NCBI GenBank assembly: GCA_973851085.1
Contig: OZ316775.1
Location: forward strand, 4,216,001 to 4,280,000
DNA: 64,000 bases
Direction of reading: 5' to 3'
From: Ptychomitrium polyphyllum
Lineage: Eukaryota
Positions 52,696 through 64,000 of the stretch are shown in pieces. Position 1 is the first letter of the stretch; each line of letters begins with the position of its first letter. The notes below the pieces were generated by a model. It was not told the origin of the DNA, ran no database searches, and saw only the letters and a program-made list of their open reading frames with translations. The translations under genes were made by a program, and so were the position numbers.

Positions 52696-55600
52696 ATGAC
52701 GACAGCAGTAGCAGCCGGGGCGCAAGCCAGTGTGATGACGGCGCATCGAAGGGGGCAGTTAGTGCAACCGGGATGGGGAGGAGCAACTGGGAGTGGTCCA
52801 ACATCGGCGTATCTTTCTCGTAGTGTGTGGAGAATAAACAGCTCTACAAAGCAAAGTTTTGGCTTTCGAATGAGGCGGGTAACGAGATGTGAAGCCTCGG
52901 GTAGAGACTTTGATGGCCAAGTTGGGCGGATGGCGGAAGAAGCACGCCGCAGTGCTCGTGAGGCAGCTCGTGCTGTTGGTAAGAAAGCTGACCAGGTTTT
53001 TGATGGTGTCAAGCGCAAGGTTGTCGATTTTCAAGAAAGAACTGATGTGGAGGGCAAGGTATGAACAACCGTTTATAAAAGTTATTCAGCTGATAGCATC
53101 TTCTCATGTTGTCACTGATGTCATTTTCTCTGTTTTAAAAGATGAGATTCAATGTTTGGAAGTTCCTGCTCATGATTTGTGCCTTAATATAGAATGAATT
53201 ATACACAATATTCCGACTGATTCCAATGTTTTCATACGCGAAAGTATGTGATTAGAAAGAAGGAAACAGCTAGTCGTAAATTCCCATGTTCAACTTCTAG
53301 TGATGGAAGATTTCTAGGTCAGATTCTCTATTTGAAGTCCTACAAAACTATGCAACTTTCCTTGCAAGGTGTCCTTGCTTCCATTCTTCGTGTAAAAATG
53401 TGGAATAAGAATTATTTGATGATTTGACCAGTTAGGAGGAGATTGACTGAGCTGTTACACACAATTCCACAGGCTCGGCGAGCAGCCCAAAATGCTAACT
53501 TAAAGTTAGGTGACTTTAAGACTGAGATTACCCAGAGGCTTGGTATTGACGAACCTCTATCACATTACATGGAGAAGAGAGGCAAGGAGATAAGGTCGGA
53601 AATGGTGGGCACTGGGGAAGCTGTATACAGCAGTGTAATAGCTATTTCCAGTAAGCCTATTGTCAAAAGGAGTATCTTCGGATTCCTCCTATTTTACGCT
53701 TTCTCTATCTTGTGGGCTGCTCGTATTTTGCTCTTTGACAAGAAGTCTGAAGAGGCAAGAGAGCAGTTTGGGCGGGAGCTTCGACTTCAGAAGCTAAGAG
53801 AAGGAGTTCCGTTGGCTCCTACTGTAAGCGCGCCTCTTGATTGTACGGAGATAAGTGTCAATGGTAGAAAAGTACCGTCGACGAATGATGAGGAGTTTCG
53901 GAAGAAGGTACGTAAAATCCAGGAAATGGCTCGTGCAGTTCGGGCTTCCGAAAATGAAGTGTTCGTTCCATCTGAGAGCGGATTTGTGAACATCTCAGGG
54001 AAGGGACCAGTTGCAGAGCCAGAGAAAGAGGATTCTCCAGTTCCTACCAAGGGAAAAGATCTGCTGAAGTGGAGGAAGCAGAGGAAGCAGATACCCGTTG
54101 AGATCCAAGATAAGGTGGTTGGTTTGGAAAACAATGTTTTAGTGGAGAAGCTCACTGCTGATGTTGCAGTCAATAAGCACGCCAAGCTTGTGCATGAACC
54201 CGAACCCCCTGTGAGCATTGACCCGCTAAAACTGGTCGCTGTTCAAGCAGAGACTCCATCAGCAATTCGGGCCGAAGATACCAAGAATGTGGGAGTTTCA
54301 GAGACCTTGGAAAGCAAGGTTGTGAACGAGGACTTCAGTTCAGCTCAGAGTACTGATGCACAGGTTCCGTTCCAAGACGATGTAGTGCCATCTTTGAATG
54401 GTGGCAGCAACACTCACCGTTCCACACTGAATGGATCTGCAAAAGCCTCCATAGATGGAAAAGCAACACCATCAACTTTGGGCGAGGTCAAGTTGCCAAG
54501 CAATGGCAATGCAACTCCAAACATCAATGGTACAGCAAAACCGGTGCCTCCAGTCATTAGGCAGCCAATGAAGTTTAAATCTATGCGTGTTATCACATCT
54601 CCAGAGGAAGCTAGAGCTAGAATTGCCGCTAGAAAAGCGAAAGATGGGAATGCATCTGCGAAAGGCAGCTCTGCAAATTCTGTAAGGCCCACGTTTTCGA
54701 GGATTAAGATGCCAGCATTGGAGTCGGCAGCAGATGACCTGGGGACTGATTCAGAATTCAAGGAGCAAGACAAGGATAGTGTTGATGGAGAAGACGATCA
54801 ATCCTTGAAGGGGAACAAAGTTAATTCAAAATCCTCGAAGCCTAAGTCTGAGGATGAGCAGGAAGAAGAGGCTTGGATGCGAGATGAAGTGTTGCGAAGC
54901 ATTGTGCTGAAGGTTCGTGACAACGAGGAGGCCGGTCGCGACAGTTTCCATGGCCTAGACTCAGAGGAAGAGCAAAGATTCTTCAAAGGGCTTGAGCGCA
55001 AATTTGAGCGCGAAGGCGAAGCTGTGAAGACATGGATACAGGACCGTGTTGAGAATCTGGACTATGGGCTTGGTGGTGTGGGAGTTGATGATCCTCCTGA
55101 AAGCGTTTATCCTAGATGGAAAGATCCAGAGAACCCTCATGCCAAAAGGTTTGAGAAGTTTCAAGAGGATCGCAAACGAATCCTTGAGGAGCAAATGGGT
55201 ATTTCAGCACCTTCTCAAACGGAGCGCACTTCTAGTGCTTCAAGGTCGTCGTCGTCTCCCCCAAGCCCTGCTTCAAAGCCTCCTACAAGACCTCATTCAA
55301 AACCTTCTGCGAAATCTTCGTCTTCCTCACCAAGTTCTGTTTTAAATACTAGTTCAAATGACGCATCTAACAAGGACCAATCGAGGGAGAGACTGCAGTC
55401 GAATGGGAGTGCTTCCGGCAGCAAGACGGTTGTCACGAGCACTGGTAAACAAGCCAAGCCTGTTCCACGGGAATGGCAACACACGAAGAAGTGGGGCCAA
55501 GAGCTTCAAAAGAAGTACGATCTAGAAACCGACTCAGAGCAGCGAGCAATAATAGAAGAGGTGGGTCAGGACCTGGACAAATGGATCACGGAGGACGAAA

Positions 55601-56235
55601 TTGCGGAGGCACAAAGGTTGTTATCCAAAGGTTTAGCCGGGGAGCAAGAGTATGTCAAAATGCATTATGAAAAGACAAGGGAGAAAATCAAGAAACAACA
55701 TGAGATGTTCGGCTCCGACGGAATGCTCAACAAGTACAGCGAGTACAAGGAGACGAAGAAGGAGGTAGAATTATGGTGGTTGGATCTACCCTTTGTGTGT
55801 TGCATCAGGCTTTCAAACTCTTCAGACGACGGTGAAACCAGCCAGGGCTTTTATTCCCTAGATATGACTCCAGACTTTGCAGGAATGGTTACGCAGGGTG
55901 GCAAAACAACGACTTATAATCACACCATAGCTTTCCAAGACCCAAAAGATGCTGCCAACTTCTGTGGGTTGTTACTCTCGGAGCGATACATGGCAGATGT
56001 CGTCCCCATTGCTCCCAAGGATCTGTACCAGGACGCGAAGCAGGAGGGGTTCAAGGTCACTGTGATCAAGAAAGGGCAGCTGGGACTCGTACCCGGGCAA
56101 GCGTTGGACGATGTGGAGCAGCGGCTGATTGAGATCGGCAGCTCGATCTACTGGGAGGAGCTCGAACGGATGCGCTCCGTTGACATGGATGCAGTTCTTG
56201 ATGAAGGTTTGGGTTATGGTCGGCCTCCACGTTGA
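52696..56235 (+). CDS. EMB1703: EMB1703-like plastid-targeted membrane protein (~1041 aa); exons 52696-53058 and 53473-56235
   Basis: Transit-peptide-like N-terminus ending RRVTRCEAS; one TM segment; KVRKIQEMARAVR, KVRDNEEAGRDSFH, WQHTKKW, ELWWLDLPFV..GFYSLDM, IAFQDPKDAANFC, GFKVTVIKKGQL, matching my recollection of the EMB1703 family. AAG|GTATGA...CACAG|GCT splice is in frame. Confidence 0.85.
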
Positions 56236-57656
56236 GCGTAGAATTCAAGTGCAGGTCAAGTTAGGGGTAAAGCATTCTGTAATTTTCAACGGTGACTCAA
56301 GCTTATATTCAAGTAAAGTCTCCTCTTCATGTTGAAGGTCCACCTCTCTGAGCACCTGCTTCGGCCTTTGTGTACTGGGTGACGCGTCTATGTAAGCTAC
56401 GTGGGAAAGAATGGCGTTTTTGAGCTCACTGGTGTTGCACGATCAGTGGCACACATGCATTTGTCATGATGTGAGGTTGTTGTGATAACTTTTTTGGAGC
56501 CATCTATTATGATTTTGTATCTATGTATCTATACAGTCTGACCTTCTATCTAGTACATTTATAAGTGTTGTGTTGCCGTAAGTATCATACGTCCTCAAGG
56601 ATTACACTTTTTATTTGTTACAAAAATTCTATTTCCTCCTTTGTTAAATTCATTTTGCTAAGTGTCACTTGCACCAACATCCATGAAACACGTGTGATGT
56701 GATGTAAATCTATGATCTTTTTTATAAGGATTTCGAATGGTATCACTTCCACAAAAGTAATTTTTTAAGTTTGTGTGTGTTATGATTTGCACTGCTTGTA
56801 CTTCTTAAATAATAACACTTATTATTATTCTAATTCTTATTAATATTATCATATTATTACAATGTTGGGAATTTATAAATTTTGTCCCTAAGACGGTGCC
56901 ATATTATGAGGTTCTTCTATGTGGTTTTGTAATACAATTTATATAACATTTTTCTAACATTTTTAAAAATCCCTCTAAACTTCCTCTTTTCAAAATAATT
57001 ATTTTATTTCCAAACTAACAATTCCATGTGTTTTAAGAAAGTATAATTCAAGCGTGAGGCAATCTATAAATCCAACTCATTAAGTTTCACTTCTAGTACT
57101 ATTACAAAATTGCCACATGTAATTTTTGTATTTGTTATTATTTAATTACATTTTAAAGCAAAAGTGAGTATTTTTAATGCCAAAAGAAATAGTAATCAAC
57201 TAATTGATTAGCTAATTTTTTATTTATAAGAACATGTTCTAAATACAACTATATGCAAGTTTTCAATGATAAGATGGATATCCTTCATTATGGAACTTTG
57301 TACTTCACATGTGCAAAAAAAAATTCTTTTAAAGAGCATGAAATAATACAAATATTCTTTAAATTGAATATATAAATTTGGAGTCTTTAACAAATGCTTT
57401 TAAAATGTTTAAAATTTATTTCTAGAACACATTAGATCTTTATCAATGCAAAGTTCTTTTTTTAAGTTAAAAAATTTTGCTTCATATTTTTTTAGTTTTA
57501 TAGATAAAAAACATCATACTACTAGGCCATCAAAACAAATAAATTTTCAAACCAACCTTTCCAAATTCTTTTGCCTAACTCATATTGTATTGTAACTAGA
57601 ATATCGACAAGTAATCACATGTTTTAACAAAATATAATTTATATATCATTGTAAGA

Positions 57657-59432
57657 ATATGTGTATAATATAAAATCTAAATATCCAATTTTTTAATGTG
57701 GCATCATTGAATTTTTTTCTTATGGTTACTAAACAAACATAACAATGTGTTTATCAACTTTTATAAAATCACTCAAGTTTTGAATATTTCAATAGAATTT
57801 TGTTTTTGTTGGATTTTAAATTTATATCGTGCCTTTAATTTGTAATTCAATTACAAAAATTATTCATAAAAAATTCATAAGTATCATTTCTTTAATTCCA
57901 TTAATATTGTTTCAATTGCATAATTCTATACAAAGATTTAAATTGATATCAACATTGTAAACTTATGTAATTTACAAATACAAATTGTGCACATATGAAA
58001 GTAAGAGTAGTTGTAGATTTCATTTAGATGTTTCTAAATATTTTAAATATTATGGCAAGTTTGTATTTTCAATATGACTTCTTTTTAATTTTTAATTTTT
58101 TTAGTAGAAAATTTTATATTATATTTGGAACATGTGATTTATGATTATTTCGGAATATTACAAATAACATTTCAAATTCAAGATATTCATTATTATTCTA
58201 ATAAATTTATTATTTTAAAAAAATTTAAGCTATACACAAGTGTAAATTAGATGAATGAGGTTCAATGTATATTACAATTGTGCATGTGTTTTCCAAAAAA
58301 CCTTCATTAATTCATATGTAGTCATTTAGCTAATAAGCATATATTTGTATTTATTATAACACATGTTACATATGTAATTTTATTATTTCATTGTTGATTT
58401 CTTTCAACAATTAGGTTATTTTTTTATTAATTTATTATTGATTTTGTGAAGGATCTAATTTCTATTAAATCATTATGTCATTTTTTATGGTAGCTTTATA
58501 TTGAATTAAAACACAATAATATAAAAACTAATGCAATTGATAATTTATAAATGCTTGATTGTAAGATGTACTTTAAATATAGCTAAGCTATATAGGATAA
58601 TATAATTTGTATTTTTATAAAACAATACATTTAACATCAAAATATAATCATGAAGTGATGGTGTGAGTATATATGAATTTATGTGAATTTATGTGAATTT
58701 ATGTGAATTTAAGGTGTACCAATGCTTTGTGTCCAATAATCATATTATTTCATAAACAAATACATTTATGAATAAATTAACTATGTTCTATATACAATGA
58801 CACTATTACATAATACTACAATCCATTAACAATCTGAAGAAAGTAACTTTTATTCAATGGTCTTGAACTCAAACGTATTAAAATTTTAGTAATGACAATG
58901 ATTCAACAAAGTTATCAATTCTCATTATTGCAACATATTTTTTACAATCTTATTTAAAACTATTATTATTTTCTATAAAATCCATGATTACAAATGATAA
59001 GCCTTCTATATAAGTAAAAAATAGCTCTACACTTATATTTGAAATATTTGGAATTCAACATCTGAATGAAATCTACAACTACTCTTACTTTTATATGTGC
59101 ACAATTTGTATTTGTAAATTACATAAGTTTACAATGTTGATATCAATTTAAATCTTTGTATAGAATTATGCAATTGAAACAATATTAACGGAATTCAAGA
59201 AATGATACTTATAAAGTTTTTATGAATAATTTTTGTAATTGAATTACAAATTAAAGGCACAATATAAATTTAAAATCCAACAAAAACAAAATTCTATTGA
59301 AATATTCAAAACTTGAGTGATTTTATAAAAGTTGATAAACACATTGTTATGTTTGTTTAGTAACCATAAGAAAAAAATTCAATGATGCCACATTAAAAAA
59401 TTGGATATTTGGATTTTATATTATACACATAT
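57657..59432. repeat. Long inverted repeat: arms 57657-58032 and 59057-59432 (376 bp each), ~1.0 kb spacer
   Basis: Hand alignment of the left arm with the reverse complement of the right arm shows 8 substitutions and no indel. Confidence 0.95.
58671..58710 (+). repeat. (ATGTGAATTT)x4 minisatellite within the inverted-repeat spacer
   Basis: Direct reading (first unit has one mismatch). Confidence 0.9.
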
Positions 59433-60518
59433 CTATACATTAAAGTAAAGAACTTAATTTGTTTTCATTTGTTTTTTACAATATCTTAAATCTTTCAAAT
59501 TATGAATTGAGTAAAGATAGTTTTGATACAAGCAAAAAGCCCTCACTTATTAGTGTTGCATATGAGTAAATTTATAAATTTTAAAACAACAATGTTGCAA
59601 ATATTTGATTGAACGTATTTTATTTTAAGAATATCAAAATATTAAAAAATAGTAAATTTTAATCTTATTTTTACAGATTTCCATTCCAACACAAGCTTCA
59701 TAATTGGGCCAAAGACAAAAGCCATATTCAAATATGATTTATTAATGACATTTTGTCAATTCACATAATCGTTTTATAAATAGAATATTATAAATATGAT
59801 TTAAAATTCAACATTATAGATGCTATGAAAAATTATTTCAATAAATTTTCTTCTATTAAACTTGTCTCAAGCATGTATAGAAGCCAAGCTTTGAGAGCTA
59901 ATCTTTTATAAATCTTATTTTTGATTAAAATCACTAAATCTTTATTAAAAATTCGGCTTGTTCTATTTAAAAAAAAATCAAAGTAGAGGTATACACATTA
60001 GTAGGTAAGTAGATAGGTTTGTATGTGTATTTAACTATGTAGTTTTATTTTTATTGTATTAGATTTGTGTTTGATTTATTAAGGATTTTTAAAAAATATA
60101 CTAAATTATATATATTATAGCCAAGAATAAAATATAAAAAAAAAGATAACTTAAAAATTATAGAAGAGCATATTATCATAGAGTTCTCCACCAATTAAGT
60201 TTGAGCCAAATCTCACAATACATTCCAACATTTTCTAAACTCTACAGCCCATGTCCCCTCTACTCTTTTAGAATGCTATGACTTGTAACAGAAAACGCTC
60301 ATCCCAGCCTAACTATCATCGACGATATTCATCCGTTCCGGCGGAAACGCCAGGCAACGCCAGGCGCGAGAGGAAGACAACGAAAACAGCAGTCACACAG
60401 AAACACACTGGAGCGGAGAGAGACGACAGAATCACATGGAGCAGAGGCGATGGCGCTCACGTCTCTGCCGCCATAGCCGCCATAACCCTAGTCGCGCTCG
60501 GGAGCTCGGGGCCTCGCG

Positions 60519-62374
60519 ATGCCTACCACGGCCGGGGCTGCCGCACGGCGCATGCTTCTCCTCTGCTCCTCTGGAACCCGGGGAATCGCTGCCTCACATC
60601 ACTTCTCGCTCCGCTCCGTTCGCACTGTCAGCGGCACTCCTCAACTCCCCAAAGACCAGTACGCTAACTCTCGTTCTCTAACATCTCTTTTCTCAATGTT
60701 TCTTAAGCAAAGGATTCAAGTTCAATTGGCGTTGGATTGAGGGCCTGGATCGGTGCACCACCTCTGTGCAAGCTTGCTCAGTTGTGCCGTATGAGGCGCA
60801 GATAGTTGAAATAGTTTTCTTGTTAGGTTTCTTGTCGTCTTTGCAAGTTTTGTTTTGAACGTGGTGTTTGTGCTTTGTATGATTGAGAATGCGATGGTCT
60901 GTAGACGAGGGCAGATTAGGGTTTAAGTCGGTAGGGTTTTCTGTTGTGAGCTGATCTTGGCTTTGGGCTGGTTTTGGTGATTTTAGGACTGGTAGTGCAG
61001 ATTTGAAAGGTTTGCAGCAAGCGCGCTTGCCAGAGTCCAAAGAAGAAGCGAAGGAGATGCCGGGGTCATGGGTTGTGAAAGGACTGGTTTTGGCGATGTT
61101 GACCTACATTGGCATGAATGTGGCGCCCATGATGGGTGGGTTTTCCCTTCCTTAATGCTGTTTTGGATGAGGGTAAGATAATTGTTAGCTTACATTTTTA
61201 ATCAGGAACTCGTCTGGGTTTAGATTCTTATGCTTCCTAGATTGTCACGCAAATTACACATTCAAGCACCTAATAATACCATATACAAGTCTGTCAATTA
61301 TGATGTCGCAGCTCTGCTAATATCCTGTCTAAATTTCTATTTGTACGAATCATGTATCTTTCTTGCAAAATTCGAGCCCCTACTTTGGTTTCTTAAACAG
61401 AGATCGGAGTGGCAGCACTGTCGGGTTAGGTTTTTGAGTTTTCGTGGCAAAATGTGTCAACATTTTTCTATAACCGTTAACTTGCACAATTGCAGGTGAA
61501 AACATGGTGCGACATTCTGTTTCGCTAGTAAAAGTGAAAGATCCTTTTATGAAACGTAGTGGTGCTTCGCGTTTGACCATGATTGCTACAGATGGTGAGT
61601 TTCTACCAAGAATCAGTGTAAGGGTGTATTCATATCAATGATGTTTTAATCAGCGTCATTTGGGAAATTGGCCTTGTCTCTCCTACTTACCGGAATTTTC
61701 TGGTTGAAACATCTGCACACAATGGCTTATTGATTTTTATAACTGATGTCCTTGTATTGTCAATGAATTTTCGCTTGTTTGATTCGTCTATTTTTACAAA
61801 CCTAACATGCTTTAATGCACCGAAGCAGTATTTTTATAATCCCTTACGTTGCCCTCGTGGTGAATTAGAAATAAGAAGAATGCCTCAAACTTTATTACAT
61901 GAAAAACTGGCGTGAACCAAGGGTTTGATCACGTGTGAAGTACAGCTTGTGTGTTGTGACCGAAGATCTACTTGGATGTTGCAGATGAGAAGCGGAAAAG
62001 GATAGTGGATGCTGGTGGAGTAAAAGCACTTATGGGTATGCTTGAAACTGCTGGGGACGATGACACGCGTAGAGAAGCTGTGACGACGTTAGGAATGCTG
62101 TCACATTATGGTGCGTAATGTTGGATATATAGCACTGTGTATGTTCAAGCAATTATAGAACCGTCCGTCTTTTTCTGACCAAGCAGAGAGTTGTGTAGCT
62201 ATCATCTTAATAAATTCGTGGGCTCTTACAGATCCTGCAGTGGAGGCAATGCACAAGGCAGGAGGGGTTCCACTGTTGAGTTCATTGTCGCGGTCAACAA
62301 CTGACAGCATCATTCAAGAACACTGCTCTGCCCTGCTTGAGAAGTTCGACCAGTGGGCAAGTAAGAACGCATAG
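60519..62374 (+). CDS. Armadillo-repeat-like single-pass protein, probably mitochondrial (~218 aa); exons 60519-60658, 60987-61135, 61496-61594, 61985-62110, 62232-62374
   Basis: Spliced translation gives a presequence-like N-terminus, a TM segment WVVKGLVLAMLTYIGMNVAPMM, VKDPFMKRSGASRL, and ARM-like IVDAGGVKALMGML and MHKAGGVPLLSSL. Total 657 nt in frame with GT-AG introns. Exon 1 frame and start are uncertain. Confidence 0.8.
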
Positions 62375-64000
62375 ATCTACCATCATGAGATCACATTCTG
62401 ATAGATTTCAGTTTCTATTGACGGTTTCAATCTTAGTGGAAAATTGAGTCCAGGTGTTCTGGAGAATTGAGAAGAGTTGACATGGAGGTCCTCAGCTGTA
62501 CAAACTATTTTTTGTAGAATGTAGGATTGGCTTGACCGAACCCAAAATGTTTAGTTGTTGAATGGGCGGACTGGAATTACAGTTAGCATCCCGTAGAATA
62601 GTGGTGATGATGGCTATTTGTGTTTTGAATGGTGGAGACGATATTCTGCCAATTTTAAAGTGATACTCATAATACATGGATTTCATTTGATTTCTGAAAG
62701 TGGGGAATGAGTGAAAGTGAAAGTTTGAGGGTTTTACGTGAGTTGGGTATTTAGAATTTGGTAGTTGCTTCGAAAGATCTTATGTTTACTTTTGAATTTC
62801 TATATACAAATCACACCTTTTGTGCGTTTGTGAAGGCTCAGTTGACCAAATTCTAATGATGGCACTTCTCTCGTCCTGCTAAGGCAAAGGGTTGTTTCTC
62901 TTTACATACAATCATTTACATAATAGAAAAGATTTTGTGGCATTCACTCATACAGTCGTTGGTTGATAAGGTGACTTCGTAGTCATGCAGTTGTAATCTC
63001 GCTTCTTGATAGGACGTTTCAAAGCGTGCTCGTCTCAAATTATACGACGTCCTCTGACTGCAGATGCTGCGAAGCCCCTGCAAGCTGCAACCTGTGTAAC
63101 GACATTCAAGTGACCTCTCACCTAGGTTTCGAAAGTGCAGTAATTTACAACAATTATGTAATTTTAGTTAATCTAGTGCTTGCTGGACAGTGATCATGCA
63201 ATTTGTAAAATGAACACCTTAATACCGTTGGGTAATTTCGGGGCATTGTTGCTTCTTCTTGGCTGTGAATAACTTAACCAGTGCCTTAGATCACGAATGA
63301 CACCCAGCAGTTTATTCTTGAGAAAATGCAAACCTTCGAACCTAGCAGGTTTTGCTTAGGACGCTTAGGTGTTGATACTAATCATTAGTAGCCAGGTGAA
63401 CCGTCCCATTCCTTACGAAATGAGGCTATCGCACAGGAGCATCTGAGCGGCACACGGTATCAGCCGCGTGGCCAGATAATGACAAGGTTCGCTTAAGAGG
63501 ACTTTGAGAGTTTTTGGAGCAATATGGGGGCATTGTTGGATGTGTGAACTCTAGCTAGTTCTTTCATTATGACAGCCAAAATTAAAACAAGTTCCTCTAA
63601 TCACACTAATCTCGCATGCTGTTAATGAGGAGCCCGTTGTTTCCATTCAATTCTGGTCCCAGCTCCATGATTGTAGACTATAAGTGGGACTCTTTTCATC
63701 CGACAACTCAGAGACCATCGGCATCATATGGATTCCCTATCTTTAGAAATATAATTCAGACTCCTGCTTCCTGGGTTCTGTTTGGTAGTGGAATTAATAT
63801 TTTCTGTCCACTGTTAGCAGTTTTCATTTTGTTCATTTCTATGTAGATGGTTGATGCTACTGTTTTCCAGCTGAAGGGTGTGATAGACAGAATTTATAAT
63901 TAATAAATTGCTGGAAAGTAGATTTCCCCTGTAAAAGAACTGGCTAATTCAATGGCAGACAATGTGATTTTCCTTTCAATTTCTAGATATATTACCCTTG

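Noticed and set aside
56247..56256. AAGTGCAGGT in the EMB1703-like 3' UTR, complementary to part of the hairpin 5' arm
   Set aside because: Only 10 contiguous nt; far below plant miRNA target complementarity and expected by chance

Overview
Eukaryotic, intron-containing land-plant nuclear DNA. It is most likely a moss (inferred from gene content, a Tcn1-like chromovirus, and GC-richer genes alternating with very AT-rich blocks). Protein genes reconstructed by hand with GT-AG splice sites: three tandem 5-exon pectin methylesterases and a 3-exon pectate lyase, all on + (17.9-36.5 kb); an intronless chloroplast Rieske PetC (-); a ~1041-aa EMB1703-like plastid protein; a 5-exon ARM-repeat membrane protein; and two orphan ORFs on -. 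A full-length but decayed Ty3/gypsy chromovirus (39308-46031) shows a Tf1-type self-priming signature instead of a tRNA PBS, a -1 gag/pol frameshift cassette, a chromodomain and a degenerate extra 3' ORF. A related solo LTR lies at ~9.8-10.1 kb. Non-coding highlights are a 110-nt pre-miRNA-like hairpin (50119-50228) in an apparently spliced non-coding minus-strand unit and a 376-bp, ~98% identical long inverted repeat (57657-59432). No searches or folding programs were run; family calls rest on recognised motifs.
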